From an uncultured Gammaproteobacteria bacterium (GTDB lineage Bacteria; Patescibacteriota; Microgenomatia; UBA10105; UBA927): 64,000 nt of DNA. The stretch is taken from positions 179,273 through 243,272 of the forward strand of contig CAZGOA010000001.1 of the NCBI GenBank assembly GCA_964527425.1. The letters run 5' to 3'. Made by a program: the position numbers and the translations under genes. The notes under the pieces are model-generated. The model saw only the letters and a list, made by a program, of their open reading frames with translations, had not been told where the DNA came from and made no database searches. Below, piece by piece: positions 29,951-40,573 of this stretch; positions within the stretch are counted from its first letter, which is position 1; every line of letters starts with the position of its first letter.

Positions 29951-31178
29951 CATGTTTTTTTTACATTCACATCTCAATCATGTTCCCAAAGTTGCAAAAC
30001 TGATTCTATTTTTCATTACGGGATTACTGCTTGTTGTGGGAACAGGTATTCTATCTCTTCAGTTTTTTACACCTAATGTACAAACACAATCCGATGAACA
30101 ACCTAGACTTACTAACACAAGTAACCTACCTACTCCCGAGGCAACCATTCCCTACACAATCGAAACCGTTGCTGAAGGGTTAGAAGTTCCTTGGAGTATA
30201 GTATTTACGTCGAGAACTCGAATGCTTATAACGGAACGACCTGGGAGAATACGTGTTATCGAAAATGGTAAATTGCGACAGGATCCACTCATACAATTCT
30301 CAGAAGTATCATCAAAATCTGAAGAAGGGCATATGGGTCTTGTTAGAGATCCCTCGTATGAACAGAATCGTTATCTGTATACTTCTTTAGCATATGTAAA
30401 AAATAATGCTATTGTTGTAAAAATTCTCAGATTAATTGATAACCAGGATTCAATTACTGTAGATACAGTAATACTTGACGATATTCCAGCTGATACAAAT
30501 CACGCAGGTAATCGACTTCTATTTGGACCAGATGAAAAACTATATATAACAACTGGTGATGCTACTGAAAGAAACCTAGCACAAGATATGAATTCCCTTG
30601 CTGGTAAAATATTGCGTATTAATCCTGATGGATCAATACCAGAAGATAATCCATTTCCCAATTCTCCTATTTATAGTCTTGGACATCGAAACCCTCAAGG
30701 CATTGCGTTTCACCCTGAAACTGAAGAACTATATTCTACAGAACATGGCCCATCAGTATTTGATGGTCCACCAGGAGGTGATGAAGTTAATCACATACGA
30801 GCAGGTAACAATTATGGCTGGCCCCTTGTGTCACATGAGAAGAAACGAGAAGGAATGACTCATCCTTTGGTGGTATACACCCCCGCTGTTGCTCCTGCTT
30901 CACTCATGATTTATAGCGGTTCGCAATTGCCACAGTTTACCAATAATTTATTTTTTGGTGGACTTAGAGGTGCTGGTTTATACCGAGTTGTGTTAGATAC
31001 ACAAGATCCAGATACTGTTCTCTATAGAGAGAAAATGTCAGATATACAGATGGGACGAATTAGAGAAGTTATTGAGGGTCCAGACGGGTATATTTATTTT
31101 TCCACCAGTAATAGAGATGGCAGAGGTTCTCCTAAAAAAGGAGACGATAAAGTCTTAAGATTAGTACCGCAACAATAA
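29928..31178 (+). CDS. PQQ-dependent sugar (glucose/sorbosone) dehydrogenase-family beta-propeller protein
   Basis: 416 aa. N-terminal TM/signal. GLEVPWSIVF...RMLITERPGRIRVIENG and repeated propeller blades typical of YliI-type soluble aldose sugar dehydrogenases. Confidence 0.7.
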   Translation: MKKPVKHSMFFLHSHLNHVPKVAKLILFFITGLLLVVGTGILSLQFFTPNVQTQSDEQPRLTNTSNLPTPEATIPYTIETVAEGLEVPWSIVFTSRTRMLITERPGRIRVIENGKLRQDPLIQFSEVSSKSEEGHMGLVRDPSYEQNRYLYTSLAYVKNNAIVVKILRLIDNQDSITVDTVILDDIPADTNHAGNRLLFGPDEKLYITTGDATERNLAQDMNSLAGKILRINPDGSIPEDNPFPNSPIYSLGHRNPQGIAFHPETEELYSTEHGPSVFDGPPGGDEVNHIRAGNNYGWPLVSHEKKREGMTHPLVVYTPAVAPASLMIYSGSQLPQFTNNLFFGGLRGAGLYRVVLDTQDPDTVLYREKMSDIQMGRIREVIEGPDGYIYFSTSNRDGRGSPKKGDDKVLRLVPQQ

Positions 31179-31233
31179 AGTTCCTTCGTTTGAGTTCTAG
31201 ATTAGAAATAACTATAGTACATTACTACTAGAT

Positions 31234-33813
31234 ATGGATCAGCAATTCACTACTCCCATGATGAAACAATACGAAGTAATAAAAAAAGATTACCAGGATT
31301 GTTTACTCTTTTATCGAATGGGTGACTTTTATGAGCTCTTTTTAGAAGATGCACATATTGGTTCGAAAGTACTAGATATCACGCTTACAAGTCGAGCGAA
31401 AGGAAAAGATGGAAGAATCCCAATGGCTGGTGTACCTTTTCATGCTGTTGATCCCTATCTGAATAAATTAGTAAAAGCGGGATATAAAGTCGCCATTTGT
31501 GAACAAATAAGTGAACCAAACAAGAAAGGCATTATTGAACGTGAAGTAGTTAGAGTGGTAACTCCTGGAACAATTCTTGATGAAAAAGCGCTCAATAGTA
31601 AAGAACATAATTTTATTGCCAGTTTAGTTATTGAAAAAGAATCGATTGCTATTGCTGCATGTGATATATCAACGGGCTATTTCATTGTGTTAGAAAGAAA
31701 CAGCAAATATCTTGAACAAACAATAAAAGACGAATTCGGCAGTTTACAACCAGCTGAATGTATTTTGCATGAACATGATTATCTCAACACAACGCTTCTT
31801 AAAATACTCAAACAGGAACGCTCATTAAATATTACTCATTTTAAAGAATGGGACACATACACAGAACAAGCTGAAAAGATGTTACTTAATCATTTCCATG
31901 TTTCGTCTCTATTGAGTTTTGGCATAAAAAAACAAGCAATAACAACTATTGCAGCCGCAGCTTTATTGGGTTACTTAATGGAAACGCAAAAAGATCAAAT
32001 AAATCATATTACATCTATACAAACCGTAGAAAAAAATGACCATCTGCAAATGGACAAGTCAACTGTTCAAAATCTTGAACTATTTAGTACATTACAGGAA
32101 CACGATACTACAGCAAGTTTAATTGGAGTCATGGATAAAACTAATACAGCAATGGGTGCCCGTTTATTACGTACCTGGATGAAAAAACCACTCGTTTCTA
32201 AAGAATTAATAATAAAACGCTACGATGCGGTTGATCATTTACTTTCTCATAAAGAATCTGCAAAACACATAGATACACTACTCAATGACATTACCGATAT
32301 TGAACGTTTACTTTCCCGTCTAACTGTTGGTCTTGGTAATGCGAGGGATATTGTAAACATTGCACATTCTTTACAACGCATTCATGAGGTTAAAACCTAT
32401 ATTGAAGCACATTGCGATAATAAACTATTGCTCAAACATGCAAAGGATATTGACCAATCAATAATAGACCTAGTAAATCTTGCAGTACAAACTCTCGTAA
32501 ATGAGCCGCCTATTACTGTGAGAGAAGGTGGTATGATTCGTCCTGGCGTCAATGACTCATTAGATGAACTACGACGTCATATTGGAGGTGGAAAAGAGTG
32601 GATTGCAAAACTTGAGATTACGGAAAGAGAAAGAACTTCTATTTCTTCCTTAAAAGTGAGATATAACAAAGTCTTTGGTTTTTATATTGAGATAAGTAAA
32701 GCAAATATGCATCTAGTTCCGGATAATTATATCCGCAAACAAACTCTCGTTAATGGTGAACGCTTCATCACTCCAGAATTAAAAGAATACGAGGAACTTA
32801 TTTTAACTGCACAAGAAAAGATATATACACTAGAATATCAATTATTCTCTTCACTTCTTTCTACGATACTAGATAAAACTGCAATGATACAAAAAGCTTG
32901 CACTGCTATAGCTACGATTGATTGTTTAATCAGTTTCGCAACGATTGCAAAAATGTATAGATATACAAGACCTACTATTCAGGAACGAGGGACTATTCAT
33001 ATAAAAGAAGGTAGACATCCTGTAGTTGAACGGTTACTGAATGATACACAGTTTGTTCCCAATTCCGTACTTCTTGATCCCTTACATCAACAATTATTAA
33101 TCATTACTGGACCAAACATGGCAGGTAAATCTGTTTTTATACGACAGGTTGCATTACTTGTCCTTATGGCACAAATGGGTTCTTTTATCCCAGCAGCAGA
33201 ATCAACCATCAGCATTACTGATAGACTTTTTGTTAGAAGCGGTGCTTCAGATGTAATAACCCAAGGACTATCAACCTTTATGGTTGAAATGCTTGAAACA
33301 GCATATATTCTCCATCATGCAACACCGAACAGTCTTATTGTCATGGATGAAATTGGAAGAGGTACAAGCACGTATGACGGAATCTCTATTGCTTGGGCAA
33401 TTGCTGAGTATATTATTACCCATAGTCAAACTCAATCAAAAACTTTGTTTGCAACCCATTATCATGAATTACAACAACTGGAAAAAGCCTATCCTACTAA
33501 AATTAAAAATTACCACATGTCAGTGATTCAGGAAGATAACAAACCAGTATTTCTCCATACACTACAGCCTGGTGGAGCATCAGCAAGTTTTGGAATTGCT
33601 GTTGCACAACTTGCTGGATTACCGAGTGAGGTTATTTTGAACGCTGAACGATTGTTGACTTCACTTGAAAAAAAACATGCCACTTCTCAAAATCATTCAA
33701 CAGATACTGACCTTTCTCCCGTTATTGAAGAAAAACTAAAATCCGTCGATTTATCCAACACAACACCCATGCAAGCATTACGAATACTTGAGGAGTTACA
33801 AAAAAAATTATAA
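31234..33813 (+). CDS. mutS: DNA mismatch repair protein MutS
   Basis: 859 aa. TPMMKQY...DFYELF mismatch-binding N-terminus. Walker A GPNMAGKS and MDEIGRGTST ATPase motifs. Confidence 0.95.
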   Translation: MDQQFTTPMMKQYEVIKKDYQDCLLFYRMGDFYELFLEDAHIGSKVLDITLTSRAKGKDGRIPMAGVPFHAVDPYLNKLVKAGYKVAICEQISEPNKKGIIEREVVRVVTPGTILDEKALNSKEHNFIASLVIEKESIAIAACDISTGYFIVLERNSKYLEQTIKDEFGSLQPAECILHEHDYLNTTLLKILKQERSLNITHFKEWDTYTEQAEKMLLNHFHVSSLLSFGIKKQAITTIAAAALLGYLMETQKDQINHITSIQTVEKNDHLQMDKSTVQNLELFSTLQEHDTTASLIGVMDKTNTAMGARLLRTWMKKPLVSKELIIKRYDAVDHLLSHKESAKHIDTLLNDITDIERLLSRLTVGLGNARDIVNIAHSLQRIHEVKTYIEAHCDNKLLLKHAKDIDQSIIDLVNLAVQTLVNEPPITVREGGMIRPGVNDSLDELRRHIGGGKEWIAKLEITERERTSISSLKVRYNKVFGFYIEISKANMHLVPDNYIRKQTLVNGERFITPELKEYEELILTAQEKIYTLEYQLFSSLLSTILDKTAMIQKACTAIATIDCLISFATIAKMYRYTRPTIQERGTIHIKEGRHPVVERLLNDTQFVPNSVLLDPLHQQLLIITGPNMAGKSVFIRQVALLVLMAQMGSFIPAAESTISITDRLFVRSGASDVITQGLSTFMVEMLETAYILHHATPNSLIVMDEIGRGTSTYDGISIAWAIAEYIITHSQTQSKTLFATHYHELQQLEKAYPTKIKNYHMSVIQEDNKPVFLHTLQPGGASASFGIAVAQLAGLPSEVILNAERLLTSLEKKHATSQNHSTDTDLSPVIEEKLKSVDLSNTTPMQALRILEELQKKL

Positions 33814-35516
33814 TGTCTCAAGAAACTACAATACTTCCATTGCCTTCTCATATTGTTTCACAAATCGCTGCAGGTGAAGTTATTGAACGCCCTTGTTTTG
33901 TTGTTAAGGAATTGATTGATAATTCCATAGATGCGCAAGCTAGTCTTGTTTCTATAGATTTACAAGAAAGTGGAATGCATTCGATCATTGTCACTGATAA
34001 TGGTGCTGGCATGAGTCGAGAAGATTTATTGGAAAGTTATAAACTGCATACAACGAGTAAAATTCACGACGAGCATCATTTACACCATATTAAAACGCTG
34101 GGCTTTCGAGGAGAAGCATTAGCAAGTATTGCTGCGGTAAGTACAATTACTATTGAAAGTAAGCGAGCACAAGATATTGCCGGTAATAAAATTCAATGTA
34201 TACCTGGCAAGCCCGTGATTATTACTACGTTAGGGATGCCTTCTGGTACACGCGTTATTGTTAACCAGTTGTTTTCTAACAAACCTGTAAGAAAAAAATT
34301 TATTACCAATAAAAAAATAGAGCTAAAAAAAATTATTGAAGTCGTTACAGGGTATGCATCCATGTACCCAGAAATATCTTTTATTCTCTCTCATGAGGGT
34401 CAAATCATTCATCAATTTGACCGAGTAGATTCATTATTACAACGTATTGAAGATATTTATGGGCTTTCAATCAGTTCTCACTTTATTCCATTTTCATTTA
34501 ATGAAGCACATATAGACATTAACGGATATATTAGCACTCCTCAACTTATTAGTTCTAATATTCCGTATCAAATTATAGGAGTAAATGGCAGACCAGTTAT
34601 AGATAAACTTATTACTTCAACTGTAAAAACAGGATATGGCTCGCTTATTGAACACAATGCAACTCCTTCTTTTGTATTGTTAATTCAGGTTTCTCCGGAA
34701 ATGATAGATGTAAACATACACCCTCGGAAAGAACGTGTAAAATTTGTACAAGAACAGACACTCCACGAATTATTATTGAAACACATCAAAACAGTACTTT
34801 CCTCTCAGTCACTCGTTTATCAAGGACTACCACACGTAATTAATGATGCTTACGAAGATCTGACCTATACTACACTTTCGAATCAACTTAAAAAAAGAGT
34901 GCTTCCCAAAAAAGCGGAACAACTTACTACTATTACTTTAGATCATCATTTATTACAAATTCATAATCTCTACATTGTAGCTCAAACTAATGAAGGGATG
35001 ACAATAATAGATCAACACGCAGCACATGAACGTATATTATATGAACAGTTTTATGCCCAATTTGTCAAACAACAACATGAAAAGGAAATACAGCAATTAG
35101 AGGAACCAATACTATTTGAATGTACGAATCAAGAAAGCATCCTTCTCAATACTTACATTGATCAACTAACTATGATGGGATTTGAAATTGACGAGTTTCA
35201 TACCAATACATTTAAAATCTCTACAATCCCTCGTTTGTTTGAAGGTCGCAATACAAAAGCATTACTACAAGAACTGTTACAAGAATTTACTCAAGACCTA
35301 TTTGCCCCTTCTATCGATACAGGATCTAAAAAACTTATTTCCTATTTATCCTGTCGATCAGCTGTAAAATCTGGAGATCCGCTGACACTAGAACAGATGA
35401 AAATGATAGTTTCTGAATTACAAAAAATTCCACATGCCGTAACTTGTCCGCATGGAAGACCATTACGATATATCGTTTCACTTACAGAACTTCATAAAAT
35501 ATTTAAGAGGAAATAA
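33813..35516 (+). CDS. mutL: DNA mismatch repair protein MutL
   Basis: 567 aa. GHKL ATPase N-terminus (IAAGEVIERP, ELIDNSIDA, DNGAGM). C-terminal dimerisation/endonuclease region. Confidence 0.9.
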   Translation: MSQETTILPLPSHIVSQIAAGEVIERPCFVVKELIDNSIDAQASLVSIDLQESGMHSIIVTDNGAGMSREDLLESYKLHTTSKIHDEHHLHHIKTLGFRGEALASIAAVSTITIESKRAQDIAGNKIQCIPGKPVIITTLGMPSGTRVIVNQLFSNKPVRKKFITNKKIELKKIIEVVTGYASMYPEISFILSHEGQIIHQFDRVDSLLQRIEDIYGLSISSHFIPFSFNEAHIDINGYISTPQLISSNIPYQIIGVNGRPVIDKLITSTVKTGYGSLIEHNATPSFVLLIQVSPEMIDVNIHPRKERVKFVQEQTLHELLLKHIKTVLSSQSLVYQGLPHVINDAYEDLTYTTLSNQLKKRVLPKKAEQLTTITLDHHLLQIHNLYIVAQTNEGMTIIDQHAAHERILYEQFYAQFVKQQHEKEIQQLEEPILFECTNQESILLNTYIDQLTMMGFEIDEFHTNTFKISTIPRLFEGRNTKALLQELLQEFTQDLFAPSIDTGSKKLISYLSCRSAVKSGDPLTLEQMKMIVSELQKIPHAVTCPHGRPLRYIVSLTELHKIFKRK

Positions 35517-36222
35517 GAGTATATTTTTTGTTCATATAAATTCTCTTCTTATATTCTGGTATTTTTTCAATTGCATATCTAAGTGCTGTTCTTGGCATTT
35601 TTCCTGCATTTGCATCTAAATATTGTTCGAGTATTTTTTGATCACATTTTTTGCCAATCTCCCGCAGCATCCACCCAACTGCTTTTTGGATTAGGTCATG
35701 TTTGTCGTATAACAATATATCTGCAATTTTTAATGCATCTACATGATCTCCATCCTTAATAAAGTGAAAGGTTGATAACATTGCAATTCTCCGTTTCCAG
35801 ATAGATGATGAATGCGCAAACTTGATTAACATTGATTTATCTTTATCAAAAAGATATCCACCTACAATAACTGGCGCTGATAAATCAACTAAATCCCAAT
35901 TATTAATTCTTTCTATATGTTTTATGTACCAGGTAAATATGTTTTCTTTTGTATTTATAGAAGAAGATTGAAACTGATCTATTGCAATGAGAAGTGCAAT
36001 ATGTCTTTCTTCATGGATGTTACTTTGAATAAGCAATGATAACTCTGAAAGAGATATTTTTTTATACTTTTTGGCTATAGCTCTGCATTGAGGTACTGTT
36101 AAACCAGCAAACTGATCGCCTTCTCCATATTCACCTTTTTTTGTTTTAAAAAAACGAGAAAGAATGACTGCTTTTTGTAAATTTTTTTCTTTTTGAACGT
36201 CTAGATGAAGTTGATTTAGCAT
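35503..36222 (-). CDS. DNA alkylation repair protein (AlkC/AlkD-like HEAT-repeat glycosylase family)
   Basis: 239 aa. Helical repeats with a conserved W/R pattern typical of AlkD-like proteins. Convergent 14-nt overlap with the mutL stop. Confidence 0.6.
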   Translation of the reverse strand: MLNQLHLDVQKEKNLQKAVILSRFFKTKKGEYGEGDQFAGLTVPQCRAIAKKYKKISLSELSLLIQSNIHEERHIALLIAIDQFQSSSINTKENIFTWYIKHIERINNWDLVDLSAPVIVGGYLFDKDKSMLIKFAHSSSIWKRRIAMLSTFHFIKDGDHVDALKIADILLYDKHDLIQKAVGWMLREIGKKCDQKILEQYLDANAGKMPRTALRYAIEKIPEYKKRIYMNKKYTLISS

Positions 36223-36271
36223 AGTAACTGCAGTATTTTATGTATTACATTTTTTATATATAATCGCAATA

Positions 36272-36577
36272 ATGAAAGGCTTTCTAGAGTTTATTCGCGA
36301 AAAAGGTGTTATTGGACTTGCCATCGGTATTATGATGGGAGGGGCTGTAACTAAATTAATTACGTCATTAGTAAATGACGTAATTAATCCTATTTTAGGT
36401 CCAGTACTTGGTGCTGCAGGAAAACTTTCTGAAGCTATACTTGTTTTAGGTCCTATCAGCATTCGATGGGGTAGTTTTATAAATAGTGTTATTGATTTTG
36501 TAATAATCGCTTCGGTAGTATATTTTGGTGTAAAAATGTTAAAACTTGATAAGATAGATAAGAATAAAAAAGAGTAA
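36272..36577 (+). CDS. mscL: large-conductance mechanosensitive channel MscL
   Basis: 101 aa. FLEFIREKGVIGLAIGIMMGGA...VNDVINPILG matches the MscL N-terminus and TM1. Confidence 0.85.
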   Translation: MKGFLEFIREKGVIGLAIGIMMGGAVTKLITSLVNDVINPILGPVLGAAGKLSEAILVLGPISIRWGSFINSVIDFVIIASVVYFGVKMLKLDKIDKNKKE

Positions 36578-36593
36578 CTAATTATGCGTAAGA

Positions 36594-36842
36594 TTATTTA
36601 GCTTTTTTTCCCCATTGCCATTTAGGAGTTTCTCCAGTTATGTAACAGATGGTTATTAATGTGCCTGTTAACAACAGTATACCGAGTAAAAATATACCAA
36701 TATCTTCTGGTTTGATAATAGGAAAAATATTCACAAGCAGCATTAATAGAACTAAATACACGATTAAAATACCCCATCCTTGCCATGTAGATGGATACCA
36801 TCCCCATCCATATTTTTTTCTTTTAAACCAGTATCGTTTCAT
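36594..36842 (-). CDS. small hydrophobic membrane protein (start moved to the internal Met)
   Basis: The full 122-codon ORF would overlap the aquaporin gene by about 80 nt. The internal Met (MKRYWFKRKKYGWGW...) gives an 82-aa two-TM protein with no overlap. Confidence 0.4.
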   Translation of the reverse strand: MKRYWFKRKKYGWGWYPSTWQGWGILIVYLVLLMLLVNIFPIIKPEDIGIFLLGILLLTGTLITICYITGETPKWQWGKKAK

Positions 36843-36883
36843 ATTATCTTGAAAAAAATGTTTAGTTCTATCATGATAACAGT

Positions 36884-37504
36884 ATGAAACAATATCTTGT
36901 AGAATGTATTGGAACCTTTTTTCTTGTGCTAACGATTGCATTAACGGGCAATCCAATTGCAATTGGTATCGTCTTAGCCAGTCTCGTTTACTGGGGTGGA
37001 TTTATATCCGGAGCTCATTATAATCCTGCTGTCACACTTACATTTTATTTACGCAAAAAAATGACTCAGACAGAAGCAACACGCTATATGCTCTCTCAAT
37101 TCGTTGGCAGTATTCTGGCTTGTATTGTAAGTACTATTGTTTTTATTAAACCAGTAAGCATTACTAGTTCTGCATCATGGACAGCAGCCTTTATTGCTGA
37201 AGGTTTATTTACATTTCTTTTATGCAGTGTCGTATTGCATGTTGCTGCTCATAAAAAAACACAAGGGAATCAATATTATGGCTTGGCTATTGGTGGGATT
37301 GTACTTGCAGGCGCATTTGCAGTAGGAGATATCTCTGGAGGTGCTTTTAATCCAGCAGTTGGGTTAGGACCACTTTTTACAAATGTCTTGCTCGGAAGAT
37401 CTCTTTTTGATCCATCGTTACTTTTCCTTTATATATTAGGTCCAGGAATCGGATCTTTGGGTGCATCGTGGTTGTTTGATTATCTTACTGATCAAAAAGA
37501 ATAA
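36884..37504 (+). CDS. MIP-family aquaporin/glycerol facilitator
   Basis: 206 aa. Two NPA boxes (GAHYNPAVTL and GGAFNPAVGL), six TM segments. Confidence 0.9.
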   Translation: MKQYLVECIGTFFLVLTIALTGNPIAIGIVLASLVYWGGFISGAHYNPAVTLTFYLRKKMTQTEATRYMLSQFVGSILACIVSTIVFIKPVSITSSASWTAAFIAEGLFTFLLCSVVLHVAAHKKTQGNQYYGLAIGGIVLAGAFAVGDISGGAFNPAVGLGPLFTNVLLGRSLFDPSLLFLYILGPGIGSLGASWLFDYLTDQKE

Positions 37505-37697
37505 TGTTTCAATGTATATCAATATTGATCATTTATCTTCTTGACTGTTAACGTTAAGACGTCTACTATCCATAAAGATCTAAAGCGTTTAACTATGCAT
37601 TATTTTCACAATACTTTATTTTAAATTTTCTTTTAATATCTTATTAGATGGAGGAGAAAAGACACTCAAAGGAGTGTCTTTTTCTTTATGTTTTGGT

Positions 37698-38009
37698 CTA
37701 TCCTTGATTTTTTAAAAGTCTTTTAACTTCATTAAGTTCAAATTCTATTTGTTTTAGTTTTTGTAGCAATTCTTCTTTTGTTAGTGATGCTTTATCATCA
37801 AAATAAGATAAGGGTTTATGCACAATTAGACTTATTTTTTTTAAGATTGTTATTGGTGGACTTGTTCTTCCTACCTCATACGAACTTACCGCTTTATCCG
37901 TTACTTTAATATACCGAGCTAAATCCTTTTGTGATAAACCAATACTTTTCCTAGCAATTTTAATTTTATTGCCTAATGATTTCATAGATTGGCTAGTAGA
38001 TTTTTTCAT
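37698..38009 (-). CDS. XRE-family helix-turn-helix transcriptional regulator
   Basis: 103 aa. IKIARKSIGLSQKDLARYIKVTDKAVSSYE HTH_3 motif. Confidence 0.8.
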   Translation of the reverse strand: MKKSTSQSMKSLGNKIKIARKSIGLSQKDLARYIKVTDKAVSSYEVGRTSPPITILKKISLIVHKPLSYFDDKASLTKEELLQKLKQIEFELNEVKRLLKNQG

Positions 38010-38413
38010 AGATTAAAAAACTTATTCTCTTAATTTAAATATTTTTGCAATACGTAGAGCCTGTCTATACGTGCTTTTTATGCATTCATTATTGAATCTA
38101 ATACGAATCTTGTAAAACAGTATCAATTCCTTCCCAAATCATACAATATAACGCAAATTTCTTCATAAGACATTGCTTTTAGCTTAAGCACCATCTTTCA
38201 TTGATTTAGTGTTATTAGTAATTGTTATTAATCTATCTAATAGAATGTTCTAAGCTTAACTTTCGGAATTACTTAAAAGAAACCTTAACGATCATAAATT
38301 TTTTGTTTCTTCAGAATACTGCATTACCCATTATCTCGTGAATTGTAACAATCTTTTTTTAATCTTTCTTTAATCTTTGTTTACTACACTTAATTTGTTT
38401 TAGTTTATCAACT

Positions 38414-39079
38414 ATGACAACACTAAAAGAATTACCTAAAGTAAAAAGGCCAAGAGAACGATTAGAGTATCTTGGAGTGAGTAACCTTACTGAAATTGAA
38501 CTCATAGCATTACTCCTTGGTACAGGTACAAAGGGAGAACATGTTATAGAAAAATCTCGCAAATTGTTAAAACAGTTTTCTTTATTCGAACTTTCTAACT
38601 GTTCTTTTGAAGATATTATACGATCTACATGTGTTGGAAAAGTACAGGCAGGTAAACTTGTTGCTGCCATAGAAATTGGTAGAAGAATTTTTTCTCATAA
38701 AAAAAATCCAACACTACTTAACCCATATACAGTTTTACAAGAAGTTAAAGACTTACAATATAAATCACAAGAATATTTATTAGGGCTCTATTTAAATGCG
38801 CGGAATGAACTGCTTGAAAAACACATAATAGCTGTTGGAACTCTCAATAAAGCAATAATAGAACCTCGTGATATTTTGCATTATGCTCTAAAGATACCTG
38901 CATCCTACATTATTCTTGTGCATAATCATCCATCGGGTGATCCCACACCAAGTGAAGAAGATAAAAAATTAACCACTACGATTGTACAAGCCTGTAATTT
39001 GCTGGGAATTATGGTAGTAGATCATATTGTTGTAGCCTCAACGGGATATAGATCATTTCGGGAGGATAATCTCTTATAA
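38414..39079 (+). CDS. radC: RadC-like JAB/MPN domain protein
   Basis: 221 aa. HNHPSGDPTPSEED JAMM motif and N-terminal HhH-like region. Confidence 0.85.
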   Translation: MTTLKELPKVKRPRERLEYLGVSNLTEIELIALLLGTGTKGEHVIEKSRKLLKQFSLFELSNCSFEDIIRSTCVGKVQAGKLVAAIEIGRRIFSHKKNPTLLNPYTVLQEVKDLQYKSQEYLLGLYLNARNELLEKHIIAVGTLNKAIIEPRDILHYALKIPASYIILVHNHPSGDPTPSEEDKKLTTTIVQACNLLGIMVVDHIVVASTGYRSFREDNLL

Positions 39080-39553
39080 AATAGTTATGTTTTTTATCGT
39101 ATAGGTGACCTGACCTTTAGGAACAGTTACTTGAACAGAATCTCCGATCATTTTACCCATAAGAGCTTTTCCAATAGGAGAAATGTGAGAAATTGTTTTT
39201 TTGAGGGGATTAGATTCATACCCTCCTACTATAGTAAACTCCACTTCTTTTGTTCCGAAAAGGAGTGTAACTGTGCTTCCTACTTGTACACTATTGTTAC
39301 CTATAGGTTTTACAATTTTGGCTAATTTTATTAATCGTTCAATTCTTCTAATACGGCCATCGAGAAACGATAAACGAGCTCTTGCTGCCTTATAATATCC
39401 ATTTTCTGACAAATCTCCCATTTCTCTGCCTTTTCGCAGATGTTCTACAGCTTCGGGTCTTTCTTGAAGTAATTTTTTTTTCTCTTCTAACAACTCCTGA
39501 TACCCTGTTTGAGTAAAAATTATTCTCGGCTCTGGCACCCCTTGTTTTTTCAT
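39074..39553 (-). CDS. greA: GreA/GreB-family transcription elongation factor (second paralog)
   Basis: 159 aa. GDLSENGYYKAARARLSFLDGRIRRIE... GreA signature. Distinct sequence from the copy at 1299..1766. Confidence 0.8.
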   Translation of the reverse strand: MKKQGVPEPRIIFTQTGYQELLEEKKKLLQERPEAVEHLRKGREMGDLSENGYYKAARARLSFLDGRIRRIERLIKLAKIVKPIGNNSVQVGSTVTLLFGTKEVEFTIVGGYESNPLKKTISHISPIGKALMGKMIGDSVQVTVPKGQVTYTIKNITIL

Positions 39554-39561
39554 GATTGTAT

Positions 39562-40542
39562 TTAAGACTTGCTGTTATGTGCTGTAATGTGTTTTACAAT
39601 TGCCTTTTTCAGCTGCTCTATTTGTTTTTCATTGTATATTGAACAAACAAATACTGATGTTGATGTTGATGTAAATATTTTTTTTAATTCTTTTATCCTT
39701 TGGTCATTTACTAAATCAGATTTGTTAAGTACTATAATTTCTTGTTTTTCCAATAGTTTTTTGTTGTAAGAAGCAAACTCTGCTCGAACAATTGTGTAGG
39801 CCTTCAAAGGATCTGATTCTGTTACATCTATACAGTGAACAATGAGTTTTGTTTTTTCAATATGCTTAAGAAACGTAATACCTAAACCTCTCCCTTTTGA
39901 TGCCCCTTCAATTAATCCCGGGATATCTGCTATTGGATATGTATCAAGCATTCCAATATTAGGTTCTACAGTTGTAAAAGGATAATTACCTATTTTAGGG
40001 TTGGCGTGTGTTATGACTGATAACAAACTACTTTTTCCTGCATTTGGAAGTCCTATAAGTCCGACATCAGCGATAAGTTTTAATTCTAAATGAAGTGTCT
40101 TCTTTTCTCCCGGCTTTCCTTTTTCAGCATAAACTGGTGCACGATTTGTCGGGGTTGCAAACTCTACATTACCTCTCCCTCCTTTTCCACCTTTTGCTAC
40201 TAAGAATTGCTTGATTGTATCACGAATTTCAAATGTTCTTTGAGTCTCAATGTCAGTAACTACTGTTCCTAAGGGTAGAAGGATTGTTATATCTGGTGCA
40301 TTTTTTCCAAATAATTTTTTCCCTTTCCCATCTATTCCAGATTGACCCTCAATATGTTTTTTATATCGAAATTCTCTCAAATCATTTATGTGTGACGAAC
40401 CTTGAAAATAAATGCTTCCTCCTTCTCCCCCATTTCCACCATCTGGACCACCCTTTGAAGTCTGAGCGTCCCTTCGAAACGAAGAAGAACCATTTCCACC
40501 ATTTCCTGCTTGAATTTCTAAAGTAACTGTATCAATAAACAT
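39562..40542 (-). CDS. obg: GTPase Obg/CgtA
   Basis: 326 aa. Glycine-rich Obg fold N-terminus (AGNGGNGSSSFRR...GGPDGGNGGEGG) plus G1-G4 GTPase motifs (GLPNAGKSS, DIPG, NKSD). Confidence 0.95.
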   Translation of the reverse strand: MFIDTVTLEIQAGNGGNGSSSFRRDAQTSKGGPDGGNGGEGGSIYFQGSSHINDLREFRYKKHIEGQSGIDGKGKKLFGKNAPDITILLPLGTVVTDIETQRTFEIRDTIKQFLVAKGGKGGRGNVEFATPTNRAPVYAEKGKPGEKKTLHLELKLIADVGLIGLPNAGKSSLLSVITHANPKIGNYPFTTVEPNIGMLDTYPIADIPGLIEGASKGRGLGITFLKHIEKTKLIVHCIDVTESDPLKAYTIVRAEFASYNKKLLEKQEIIVLNKSDLVNDQRIKELKKIFTSTSTSVFVCSIYNEKQIEQLKKAIVKHITAHNSKS

Positions 40543-40573
40543 ACTACTATTTTAACACAAATTATAGGATATA

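Noticed and set aside
36843-36962. Upstream 40 codons of ORF 36594..36962 overlapping the aquaporin gene
   Set aside because: It would overlap the NPA-motif-containing aquaporin CDS by about 80 nt on the opposite strand. An internal Met gives a clean small membrane protein.
38359-38670. Minus-strand ORF overlapping the radC start
   Set aside because: It lies antisense to radC with no motif. The XRE regulator and radC account for the region.
39925-39935. CCCGGGAT inside obg resembling the GC-rich repeat core
   Set aside because: It is a single 8-mer inside a coding region without the flanking CGG/GATGAGGCTACC context, so it is most likely coincidental.
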